46,209 nucleotides of DNA from Methanobrevibacter sp. (GTDB taxonomy: Archaea > Methanobacteriota > Methanobacteria > Methanobacteriales > Methanobacteriaceae), in contig JAEEWY010000001.1 in NCBI GenBank assembly GCA_016291275.1, positions 1 to 46,209 of the forward strand. Direction: 5' to 3'. The translations under genes and the position numbers were made by a program. Of the stretch, positions 20,557-29,826 are shown piece after piece. Below the pieces are notes generated by a model that searched no databases, was not told where the DNA came from, and saw nothing but the letters and a program-made list of their open reading frames with translations. Numbering within the stretch: position 1 is the stretch's first letter; the number at the start of each line of letters is the position of its first letter.

Positions 20557-21669
20557 TTAAACTGGACTTTCTCTTAACTTAATATATTCATTTAAAGATT
20601 CTCTAGTAGTTCCAACAAGAATTCTATACTTTTCAAACTCTCCATTTTTAAGTACCTTTTCTATTTTTCCTCTTGCAACTACTTCTTCTCCATCAACAAC
20701 TTCTCCAGCATATGTGTGGGTAAGTGATGCTAATTCTGAAATTTCAATATCCGGTCCTTCAAGGATTTCAACATCTTCTATAGTGTATACTGCAGGGTTG
20801 TCAAAAGCTCCTAATGCACTTTTTATTGTGCAGTTAACTTTTGCGAATCCTTCTGGTTCGTATACTGTATCTCCCCAGGTTCCTTCAATCTCATCATAGT
20901 TTCTGGTAGCTAGGATGTCGAATAAGGTTTCTCTGATGAGTCCTCTATTGCTTTTACGTTCTTCATACCAAGCAAACTCTTCTTTGGTTAGAGAGTCGTC
21001 CTTAATTCTCTTATCATATACGAAGTCCCAGAAATCATCATTGATTCTGTTTAATGTGATTGACTTGTCTAATTTGTCTATGAAAACAGCTTTGTCCTTG
21101 TTATCCTTGTATGCCTTAATTGCGTTTCTATGGTTTTCAAGGCCGTAGACTACAAAGTCAAGGTCTGATGTTCCTGCCTTTTGAAGCCCTGGCAAGATTG
21201 ATCCTGAGATTCCAAGGTCATCATAGCTGATTCCTGCTACATAATGGAAAAAGTCTGATAAGTCAAATAATTTGCTTAAGAGTTCCTCTTTATAGTCAAG
21301 TTCTTCACCATTTGCCACTTTAGTGTTGATTTCGTCATAGTAGGTTGCTCTAAGACCTTTCAATCTTTCTTCTGGCTTGATGATTCTTTCAACCTTATCT
21401 ATAGGAACTCCCATCATTTCAACGTTTGTAACGTCACAGAAGTATAAGTAATCTGGGTGATTTTCCCTGAGGTATGCATAAGCTTCTTCAGATCCTACTT
21501 TGGAATATCTGATTCCATCCTTTTCCCTATCTCCATTCTCATCAGGAATGTATCTTAAAAAGCAGATAATCCTATCTTCAGGGTGAATGTAATTGGTTGA
21601 AGCAAATAATAATCCATCTGTACTTATGATAAAATCTCTTGTTCTTACGGTTTTTTTAGTTTTGTCCAT
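20557..21669 (-). CDS. Archaeal predicted nucleotidyltransferase (Pol-beta superfamily, COG1665-like)
   Basis: GISGS...SDLDFVVYG (GS-x-DxD) motif; C-terminal OB-like region. Confidence 0.8.
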   Translation of the reverse strand: MDKTKKTVRTRDFIISTDGLLFASTNYIHPEDRIICFLRYIPDENGDREKDGIRYSKVGSEEAYAYLRENHPDYLYFCDVTNVEMMGVPIDKVERIIKPEERLKGLRATYYDEINTKVANGEELDYKEELLSKLFDLSDFFHYVAGISYDDLGISGSILPGLQKAGTSDLDFVVYGLENHRNAIKAYKDNKDKAVFIDKLDKSITLNRINDDFWDFVYDKRIKDDSLTKEEFAWYEERKSNRGLIRETLFDILATRNYDEIEGTWGDTVYEPEGFAKVNCTIKSALGAFDNPAVYTIEDVEILEGPDIEISELASLTHTYAGEVVDGEEVVARGKIEKVLKNGEFEKYRILVGTTRESLNEYIKLRESPV

Positions 21670-22110
21670 TTTAATCCCTAAAATTTTATGATTTGATAAA
21701 TTTAAATAATTTTTATAATATTTATTATGTATTCTTATTATTAATATAAGTATGATAATTTGTTTAATTTTTTTAATTTTTAAGTAAAATTTTCTATACT
21801 TTTTAGGTATATAAAAATTAAATCGATAATAATATTAACTATCAAAACCTAACTAATATTGTAGTTAGTTCTATGTCGTTTTTTCAAATTTTGTATTTGA
21901 ATTTCTAGAAAGCTTTTAGCAATAAAAAGCTTGTATGAAGGAAATAATGGCATACGAGAACTTCCAACAAATCCATAATTTCAAAAATAGATTATGAATC
22001 GTTTATTATTGTAACGGCTTAATTATAGACTTTATTTCTATATTGTTAAATTGGATGTGAATCTAAAAGTTTTTTAGACTCTTATGAATCTAATAATCAA
22101 TTGGGTTTGT

Positions 22111-22204
22111 CATCTGGTTAATAATATTTCCCAGAGTTCTATAACTTGATTGTTATGATATGATTTGTAATTTAGACCTGGAAGAATTATTAAATCCGGA
22201 GGTG
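22111..22204 (+). promoter_or_regulatory. Predicted leader hairpin sequestering the SD (GGAGGTG 22198-22204) of the first CBS gene
   Basis: Pairings TTAATAAT/ATTATTAA, CCAG/CTGG and CATCTGG with CCGGAGGTG, with G-U pairs on the + strand. Confidence 0.45.
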
Positions 22205-22209
22205 TCGTA

Positions 22210-23127
22210 ATGAAAGACAAAAACACTAAAAACTTGAGAAAATCTATGAATCGTGGTTCTGTAGAACATGAAACAAAAGTAGCTGATAATGAGGGCGAAA
22301 TCATGACTCTCGCTAAAAAAGATGTCATTAGCATCCCTCCAACCAAGACCATTAAGGAAGCTGCTGAAATGATGATAGAACATGGATTCAGAAGATTACC
22401 AGTAACCCATCCTGGCTCAAATAAACTTTTGGGTATTGTAACTGCTATGGATATTCTTGACTTCCTTGGTGGAGGAAGCAAATTTGATATAATAGAAAAG
22501 AAACATGATGACAACTTCTTGGCAGCAATCAATGATCATGTAAAAGAGATTATGACAAGAGATGTTATTTCTATCAGTCCTAAATATTCTATTAGAGAAA
22601 GTGTGGATGTAATGACCAAAAACGGCATTGGATCCTTACCTATTGTAGATAAAGAAGAAAAGTTAGTGGGAATAGTCACTGAAAGAGATTTCGCATTAGC
22701 GCTTGCAGGTTCATTGACCAATGAGACTGTAGGTGACATCATGATTAAGGATGTTATCACTACCACTCCTGGAACTCCTATTGAAAGCTGTTCCAAAATT
22801 ATGGTAAGAAACAACTTAAGAAGAATTCCTGTTGTTGAAGAAGAGAAATTAATAGGAATTGTTACTTCAACCGATATCTTAAGATTCTTCGGTGATAAAG
22901 AAATGTTTGCTTCTATGACCTCTAATAGTGGTTTAGATGTTTTAAAAAGAAAAATTTCTGAAATCATTAAACCAAACATATTAGTAACTGAATCTAGTGT
23001 TAGATTAGGAGACTTATGTGAATTATTAGCTGAAAAGAACATCGGTGGTGTTCCGGTAGTTGATGATGATCAACTTGTAGGAATTGTCACTGAAAGAGAT
23101 ATTTTAAATACAGTTCTTAAAGAATAA
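22210..23127 (+). CDS. CBS domain protein (four CBS repeats)
   Basis: Repeated h-P-V..GIVT..D motifs (RRLPV, SLPIV, RRIPVV, GGVPVV); perfect GGAGGTG SD. Confidence 0.9.
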   Translation: MKDKNTKNLRKSMNRGSVEHETKVADNEGEIMTLAKKDVISIPPTKTIKEAAEMMIEHGFRRLPVTHPGSNKLLGIVTAMDILDFLGGGSKFDIIEKKHDDNFLAAINDHVKEIMTRDVISISPKYSIRESVDVMTKNGIGSLPIVDKEEKLVGIVTERDFALALAGSLTNETVGDIMIKDVITTTPGTPIESCSKIMVRNNLRRIPVVEEEKLIGIVTSTDILRFFGDKEMFASMTSNSGLDVLKRKISEIIKPNILVTESSVRLGDLCELLAEKNIGGVPVVDDDQLVGIVTERDILNTVLKE

Positions 23128-23378
23128 TTAGATTTATTTCTAATTGGATTATTATTAATTCCTTTAAAATAATCCATTTTCTTTAAGTATTTTTGTGATT
23201 GCTCTTCTTTATGAAGACCAATCAGGTAGCTATTGTTGAACTTTTAAGAGATAGCTATTGGTAGGTTAGTTTATATCTTTGATTAGATACGCTATTGATT
23301 TATTGCAATCCAAATTGAATCAATTCATTTGGATTCTTTCTAATAGCTATTTCATTGGATTTTATCGTTGGTGTTATT

Positions 23379-24197
23379 ATGAAAATCAAAAATATAATGT
23401 CTGAAAATGTGGTATCTATTGATAAGAATTTAAACATATGTGATTGTCTAAGAATGATGTATAAGGATAACTTATCTAGAATACCAGTCACTAGTACCAA
23501 TGAAAATAAAAAAGTTTTAGTCGGAATTATCTCAGAAAAAGATATAGCTAATAAGTTAGGCTCCGCTAAATATGGTAATATGGCTCCTTCACATTTCCAC
23601 GTATCCACTGTAATGGTCAAAGACTTGATTACAGTAGATGAGGATGATGATGTGACTGAAGTGGCAAAAATCTTGATTGACAAGAATATCGGTGCCATTC
23701 CAGTTCTATCTGATGGTGAAATGGTTGGAATCGTAACTAAATCTGATTTCATATATTTATGCAAAGCAAAAGCATATGAAAAGATTTCAGTTAAAGATAT
23801 TATGACAACAGATATTATTTCAATATCTGCAGATGATCGTTTAGTTCATGCAAGAAAAGTCATAATGGACTCAAAGATTGGACGTCTATTATTGACTGAA
23901 GATAATGAGCTTGCAGGAATTATTACTTCAAAAGACATTGCAAAAGCATTTGTTTCATTCAGGAAACACACTCCTGACAAGTATCAATCTTCTCAGATTA
24001 AGGAGTTGATTGCAGGAGATTACATGTCTACAAATGTGGAAACAATCTCACAGTATGCATCAATTCCACAGCTTGCTGATGCAATGTTGGAAACTGGTTA
24101 TAATGGTTACCCTGTAGTTGATGATGAAGATCAAATTATAGGAATAGTAACTCAATCAGATTTGCTAAAATTGATTTATGAAATGGAAACTCAATAA
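23379..24197 (+). CDS. CBS domain protein (four CBS repeats)
   Basis: GIISEKD, GIVTKSD, GIITSKD and GIVTQSD repeats. ATG 23379 follows GGTG. Confidence 0.9.
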   Translation: MKIKNIMSENVVSIDKNLNICDCLRMMYKDNLSRIPVTSTNENKKVLVGIISEKDIANKLGSAKYGNMAPSHFHVSTVMVKDLITVDEDDDVTEVAKILIDKNIGAIPVLSDGEMVGIVTKSDFIYLCKAKAYEKISVKDIMTTDIISISADDRLVHARKVIMDSKIGRLLLTEDNELAGIITSKDIAKAFVSFRKHTPDKYQSSQIKELIAGDYMSTNVETISQYASIPQLADAMLETGYNGYPVVDDEDQIIGIVTQSDLLKLIYEMETQ

Positions 24198-24227
24198 GTG
24201 AGTTATTTTATAAATTATTTTAGTTTT

Positions 24228-24275
24228 AAGCATAAGATTTTCTTATGCTTTATTTTTCTTTTTTTCTATTTTTTT
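24228..24275 (+). terminator. Hairpin plus T-tracts after the CBS gene pair
   Basis: AAGCATAAGA-TTT-TCTTATGCTT (10-bp perfect stem) followed by oligo-T runs. Confidence 0.6.
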
Positions 24276-24424
24276 CACTTTTAATCATTATTATCGAACT
24301 TTAACACTATTTTTTCTAATTTACTTGATTTATTTAAGTTATTTTTACCGTATTGCTTTTATACTATGATTAATATATAAGAAATAGTAAATAATAAAGA
24401 ATTATTTTTAACTGGAGTTTTATT

Positions 24425-25252
24425 ATGATAAAGGATAAAGTTGCATTTTTAGGACCTCAAGGAACATTCTCTCACGAAGCTGCTTCATTGGTCAGTGACA
24501 ATTTGATTTCATACTGTTCAATACAGCAAGTGATGGGTGCAGTTGAAAGTGGAGAATGCGTATGCGGTATTGTACCGATTGAAAATTCAATAGAAGGTCC
24601 AGTTAGCTTGACTTTAGATTCATTGATTCATAATTTTGACTTGAAGATTAAAAACGAGATTGTCATTCCAATCAATCATAACCTATTGGCTGCTAAGGAA
24701 ATGACTGTAGATGAAGTGGAAAATGTTTATTCACATTCACAGGCTTTAGGCCAATGCCAGCCTTATTTGGAAAGGCATGGTATCACTGCACATTACACCT
24801 TAAGCACTGCAGCAGCGGCTAAAAGGGTTGCAGAAACAGGTGAAGATGCAGCTATTGGTACATTGAAGGCAGCGGAATTGTATGGATTGAAGGTTATTGA
24901 TACAAACATTCAAGAGAATTTCAACAATGAAACCCGTTTTGTCGTTTTGGACAATGATGATTCCCCAATAACAGGAAATGACAAGACTTCAATTTCATTT
25001 TCCCTATTTGAGGATAAGCCAGGGGGACTTTACGAGCTTTTAGGTCTCTTTGCAGATAATGATGTTAACTTGACTAAAATTGAATCCAGACCTTCTAAAG
25101 AGGGATTAGGTCATTACATCTTTTTCATAGATCTTGAAGGACATAGATTGGATGATGACATTGCTCATATTCTTAAACATTTAGAGGATAACACTTCATT
25201 CTTTAAGATTTTAGGATCTTATCCTGTATTCAGTGAAGATTTATTCAAATAA
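24425..25252 (+). CDS. pheA: Prephenate dehydratase
   Basis: Motifs FLGPQGTFS, VPIENSIEG, SHSQALGQC, NETRF and NLTKIESRP. Confidence 0.96.
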   Translation: MIKDKVAFLGPQGTFSHEAASLVSDNLISYCSIQQVMGAVESGECVCGIVPIENSIEGPVSLTLDSLIHNFDLKIKNEIVIPINHNLLAAKEMTVDEVENVYSHSQALGQCQPYLERHGITAHYTLSTAAAAKRVAETGEDAAIGTLKAAELYGLKVIDTNIQENFNNETRFVVLDNDDSPITGNDKTSISFSLFEDKPGGLYELLGLFADNDVNLTKIESRPSKEGLGHYIFFIDLEGHRLDDDIAHILKHLEDNTSFFKILGSYPVFSEDLFK

Positions 25253-25465
25253 TATCTCATTTCATATCTATTTTTTTTTAAAATTCAATAATCTAATCTA
25301 TTTTCATTCATGAATTTCTTAAAATTTTATCTATTTTTTAACTTTTCATTTAGTATAATTTATTAAATATAAAATTCATATATTAATAATATATAAATAT
25401 ATAAAATAATGAAAGTTTAATAATTTTAATAGATATATTATTCAATCAATATTAGGAGGAGAAGT

Positions 25466-26248
25466 ATGAATCCAGATAGGAAAAAGCTTATGCAGATTTT
25501 ACATAATCTTGAAAGGGATTATGAAGCTGGTTTGATTTCTGAAGAGAAATATCTTTATTTGTCCCAGCAATATAGGCATAAGATTGAAACTATTGAAGTT
25601 AGTGATAGAATTCGTGCGATGCAAGGAAAAGAAGAAACTCCTTCCTCAATTAAGTCAAGATATGATGATTCTCAAAAGTACAGGGAAGAAAAGGAAAAGT
25701 TAGTACGTAAGTATATTCATAACCCTGAAACTTATACAGTATCAAAAAAAGTAGAGGAGTCTTCAAGTACAAGTCCATGGTATATTGCATTGGCAGTTGT
25801 ATTTTTGCTTGTAGCATTTGGTGCAGGAATAACTTTTGGAATGTCTAACATCGGCTTAGGTGGTGATGTTGGAGACATGATATCTGCAGGCGCAACTATT
25901 AATGACACTGCTTTTCCTGAAGTTAAGGTAAACAAGTCTCTCAGTTACAATTATACAAAATCTTACTCAAATACCACCTCATATGGTTCTTCAGATGATT
26001 CAAGTTCATCTTCAAGCAGTTCCTCTTCAATCAGCGACTCTGGTTCTTCCAGTTCATCAAGTTCTGGTAGTGGTTCTAGTGGAGATTATTCTGGAGGAAG
26101 TTCATCCAGTGGTGGTTCTTCTGGTGGAAGCTCTGATAGTGGTTCTGGAGGTGGCTCTTCCAGTGGTGGTTCTTCTGGTGGTTCCTCTAGTGGAGGTTCT
26201 TCCGGCGGAGGATCTTCTGGAGGCAGTTCTGGAGGAACTGAAGAGTAA
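25466..26248 (+). CDS. Single-pass membrane protein with Ser/Gly low-complexity C-terminal tail
   Basis: AGGAG SD, charged N-domain, one TM (WYIALAVVFLLVAFGAGITFGM) and an S/G-rich tail. Confidence 0.8.
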   Translation: MNPDRKKLMQILHNLERDYEAGLISEEKYLYLSQQYRHKIETIEVSDRIRAMQGKEETPSSIKSRYDDSQKYREEKEKLVRKYIHNPETYTVSKKVEESSSTSPWYIALAVVFLLVAFGAGITFGMSNIGLGGDVGDMISAGATINDTAFPEVKVNKSLSYNYTKSYSNTTSYGSSDDSSSSSSSSSSISDSGSSSSSSSGSGSSGDYSGGSSSSGGSSGGSSDSGSGGGSSSGGSSGGSSSGGSSGGGSSGGSSGGTEE

Positions 26249-26289
26249 GTTTATAGATGGTGCTATTATTATTTTTTTGGAGATATGAT

Positions 26290-26838
26290 ATGAAAAAAAT
26301 TATTGGTATCGGATTAATATTAATTTTATTGATTGTAGGTGTTTCATTTTTCATAAATAATCCTATAAACACTGGTAATGGAGAGGAACTCTCACAGCAA
26401 TCAGTGGATTATTCTGAAAATGGAATATCATTATCAATGCCTGGGAATTGGGTTTCTGCAAAGTCCAACTCTAATGATACAGTTTTAGCAATTGCAGACC
26501 CTGATGCTAAGGATTCCGCAGGATTTAATAGTGTTAATGTGAATATTGAAAAGAAATCAAATGCCAGATCATTACAATCTGAATTCACTTCCAATTATAA
26601 TACATTGGCTCGTAATTCTGATTTTAACATCCTATTTATGGGAAATGTTTCCTTTAATGGTCAAGCTGCTATGGAAGCGGATTACACCTCTGTAGCAAAC
26701 AACCAAACAAAACAGCATAAGGCCATTTGGATTCCAAAAGGGTCAGACATCTATGTTATCTTGTGTTCTGCACCGGAATCTGAATTCGAAAATATGGTAG
26801 GAACTTTTGATTTCATTATCAACAGCGTAAAATTATAA
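26290..26838 (+). CDS. Secreted or membrane-anchored PsbP/Mog1-like protein
   Basis: MKK plus hydrophobic signal, 'GISLSMPGNW' and terminal 'FDFIINSVKL', typical of PsbP-related proteins. ATG 26290 follows GGAG. Confidence 0.7.
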   Translation: MKKIIGIGLILILLIVGVSFFINNPINTGNGEELSQQSVDYSENGISLSMPGNWVSAKSNSNDTVLAIADPDAKDSAGFNSVNVNIEKKSNARSLQSEFTSNYNTLARNSDFNILFMGNVSFNGQAAMEADYTSVANNQTKQHKAIWIPKGSDIYVILCSAPESEFENMVGTFDFIINSVKL

Positions 26839-26982
26839 TAGTGATTTTTATAAATAAATTCACTATTTTTATTTTTTTAAATTATTTATTATACAAGACT
26901 TTTAGAATTTTATTGTTACAATTTAGATTATTTATTATATTTAGATTATTTATTGCAAGATTTTAATTTTTGAAGTGATTTT

Positions 26983-28167
26983 ATGGAAATTGTTTTATGC
27001 GTTACTGGCAGTATTGCAGCAACCGAAACCATTAAGTTAGCAAGGGAATTTAGAAGGCAAGGTCATTCTGTCAAGGCATTCATGACTAAAGAGGCTACTA
27101 AGATTATCCATCCGAATGCTTTAGAGTTTGCCACTGGTCAGGAAGTCGTTTTGGAATTGACTGGAAAGATAGAGCATGTGAAATACTCTCAACAAGATTT
27201 GATTTTAGTTGCTCCAGCTACTGCAAATACCATTTCCAAATTTGCATATAAGATTTCTGACAATCCTGTAAATACCCTTTTGATTACTGCTCAAGGGCAT
27301 GATACCCCTATTGTCTTTGTCCCTTCAATGCACGATTCAATGTATGATGCAGTAAGCGAAAATGTGGAAAAGCTAAAAGAAGAAGGCATTAAGTTTGTCA
27401 ATCCACGCATTGATGAAGGAAAAGCCAAATTCCCAGCTATTGAAGACATTGTCCTTGAATCCGTAAGAGCTGTCAATTTGGATAGGGTAAGCAAGGGCAT
27501 TGCAGGTGGTGTAGTGTCTAATATTGCAGGAAAAAACATATTGATCAGTTTAGGCGGAACATTTGAGGAAATTGATCCTATAAGGGGAATTTCCAACAGG
27601 TCCTCTGGAAGAATGGGTTTGGAATTGGCTAAGGAAGCATTCGTTAGGGGATCTAATTTGACTATTTTAGCTGCAAATCATGAAGTTTCAATTCCAAAAG
27701 CATTCAATGTGATTGATGCGGAATCAACTACTTTGATGAATGAGAAGATAGATGAATTGATTCCTGATTTTGATGTTTTCATAGCTACTGCAGCCGTTTC
27801 AGACTTCACTCCAATCAATAAGGAAGATTCTAAAATATCTTCATCCTATAACTTGTCATTGGAATTTGAGCCTGTTGCAAAAATCATCCAAAGAATCAAG
27901 AAGATCAATGAAGATATCTTTTTAGTTGGATTCAAGGCAGAATACAACATTTCAGAAGAGAAAATGATTGAGTGTGCTAAGACTCAAATGCAAGAGGCAG
28001 GAACTGATTTGGTTGTAGCAAATGATGTTGCAAATGCAGGATGCGGATTTGGGTCTGAAACAAATGAGGTAATTCTTGTAAGTGATGAAATCAAGAAGGT
28101 TTCATTGAATTCCAAAAAAGAGATTTCCAAATCCATATTTGATGAGATTTCTAAAAAATTGAATTGA
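26983..28167 (+). CDS. coaBC: Bifunctional phosphopantothenoylcysteine decarboxylase/ligase
   Basis: Motifs VTGSIAA, APATANTISK, PSMHDSM, EEIDPIRGISNRSSGRMG, AAVSDF, LVGFKAE and VVANDV. Confidence 0.95.
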   Translation: MEIVLCVTGSIAATETIKLAREFRRQGHSVKAFMTKEATKIIHPNALEFATGQEVVLELTGKIEHVKYSQQDLILVAPATANTISKFAYKISDNPVNTLLITAQGHDTPIVFVPSMHDSMYDAVSENVEKLKEEGIKFVNPRIDEGKAKFPAIEDIVLESVRAVNLDRVSKGIAGGVVSNIAGKNILISLGGTFEEIDPIRGISNRSSGRMGLELAKEAFVRGSNLTILAANHEVSIPKAFNVIDAESTTLMNEKIDELIPDFDVFIATAAVSDFTPINKEDSKISSSYNLSLEFEPVAKIIQRIKKINEDIFLVGFKAEYNISEEKMIECAKTQMQEAGTDLVVANDVANAGCGFGSETNEVILVSDEIKKVSLNSKKEISKSIFDEISKKLN

Positions 28168-28520
28168 TTTCAGACTTTAAAAGTTTGATTCAATTTTTCT
28201 TTTTTTCATTGCTATTTTTATTTTAATTTTTTATTTTTCAATTCTATTTTTTTTAGATGATCATATTCTCATTATTTTTTAGTTCGTTATATAATTTTTT
28301 TCTTATATTTTTCCTTATTTTCCTATAAAAATTTTAAATATTTTCTTTTAGTTTTATTAATACTTATATTTTCCCTATATTTAGATAATAATTAAAAAAA
28401 GTATTACTTTTTTACAAAAATTAGTAGTTCTTTCTTATTTTTGAAAATAAAGAAAAATTAGAAATATTTTTTAAAATTTTGATAAAAATTTGTTAAAAAA
28501 GAGTTAAAAATAGTCTATTT

Positions 28521-28622
28521 TGCAAAAAAAGTTCAATCCTCTAAGCTATTTAATTATGGAGTGTTTTTTATGAGTGAATTAACCTAGAGGATATTTTTAT
28601 GAACTCTTTTTTTATTGCATTA
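28521..28622 (-). ncRNA. Candidate ~100-nt rod-shaped small RNA with anti-SD/anti-AUG loop
   Basis: Nested stems whose inner 13 bp need two G-U pairs that exist only on the minus strand. BRE/TATA at 28647-28662 and a U7 run at the 3' end. Confidence 0.55.
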
Positions 28623-28646
28623 GCAAATATATATTTGTAATATTCT

Positions 28647-28662
28647 TATATAAAAAGCTTTC
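28647..28662 (-). promoter_or_regulatory. Archaeal BRE/TATA promoter candidate (GAAAGCTT TTTATATA)
   Basis: Consensus methanogen TATA box with a purine-rich BRE, and no ORF downstream. Confidence 0.55.
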
Positions 28663-29118
28663 AGTAGTAATACTTTTTTGAGATTGTTCGTATTTATACT
28701 AAATCCCTATTTCTTCTTAAAATTACTAATAATTATGTTAATTTATTCTTAGATTAATTTTTAAAATTGAATTAGTTTTATTTCTGATTTTCAGTAAATT
28801 TTAATCTATTTTTTTTAAAAATTCTAATGTATATTACTCTTTTGAAATCAAATTTTTTGATAAAAGTAATACTTATAAAATAAGGGTTTTTTGAGCTTTA
28901 AATTGATATTAGTAATTTATAATTACTTGAATTGTCCTTATTAAAAATATGTGTTTTATTTTTTCGATAATTATCTATATTTCTTTAAGAAATAGATTAT
29001 ATAAAAAGCTAAATTTTTGGTTTATAATTTTAATAATAAAATGGTGGTTTTGGATTAAAATAAGAGTTCTGTATGGTTTTTAAATAATGATTTTTTTCAA
29101 AAATGATTATATGTTCTT

Positions 29119-29763
29119 TTAAAAAGATTTCTCCACAAGAAAAGCTATATGGTCCTTTTCATAAGGTTCTAATTTAATCTTTTCCAAAATGGAATAACCA
29201 TTCTCTTTTATTTTTTTAGCTTCATCCTTGAATATTTTTTTAGGCTTTTGAATAACATCAATGCTTCTTGCTTTTATGGTGATGAGCCCTTGTCCATCTT
29301 CCTTTAGGAATAAATCCATGTTATCCATGAAGAGTTCGCTCTGTTTTTCCTGTGCAACATCACAGTAAACCAAGTCCACCTTCTCAACTTTGTTCAGGTA
29401 ATATTTAGGTTTGGTTGCATCTGCAAGGAGAGGCATTATATTGTTTCTCTTTTGGGATAATCTGACCAGCTTTTTCATGCTGACTGGTGAAAATTCCACA
29501 GCATAGATCAAGCCGTCATCGCAAATGTCGGAAATGTGTGAAACAGTTGTTCCTGTTGAAGCGCCTAAGTATAACACTTTAGAATCATTATTCAATTCAA
29601 GTCCTTCCAATCCATTCAATAATGCTGCGGCTAATTTGGATCTTCTTGGATTCCAGATTCTGTACTCTTCAGCTCCATCTTGGATAAGCCTTTCATCATA
29701 TACTCTGATTCCTTGACTTAAGTTTCTGGTAGCTATTTCACCATCTTTGTAAAATATGTTCAT
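29119..29763 (-). CDS. flpA: Fibrillarin-like rRNA/tRNA 2'-O-methyltransferase
   Basis: Motifs YRIWNPRRSKLAA, VLYLGASTGTTVSH, AVEFS, DVAQ and LEPYEKDH. Confidence 0.96.
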   Translation of the reverse strand: MNIFYKDGEIATRNLSQGIRVYDERLIQDGAEEYRIWNPRRSKLAAALLNGLEGLELNNDSKVLYLGASTGTTVSHISDICDDGLIYAVEFSPVSMKKLVRLSQKRNNIMPLLADATKPKYYLNKVEKVDLVYCDVAQEKQSELFMDNMDLFLKEDGQGLITIKARSIDVIQKPKKIFKDEAKKIKENGYSILEKIKLEPYEKDHIAFLVEKSF

Positions 29764-29826
29764 TTTTTCACATCTTTAGTATAATTAAATCTCATTAGAA
29801 AATAACAGGTTCTGTCACAATTGTAA

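Noticed and set aside
22110-23764. Minus-strand ORFs of 76-168 aa opposite the CBS genes
   Set aside because: Antisense shadows of well-supported genes. The same applies to the other short antisense ORFs in the track.
25983-26288. Val/Leu-rich 101-aa ORF
   Set aside because: Frame-shifted reading of the Ser/Gly repeat region.
28168-29118. Replication origin in the long AT-rich gap
   Set aside because: No adjacent cdc6/orc1 gene and no convincing repeated ORB-like boxes seen.
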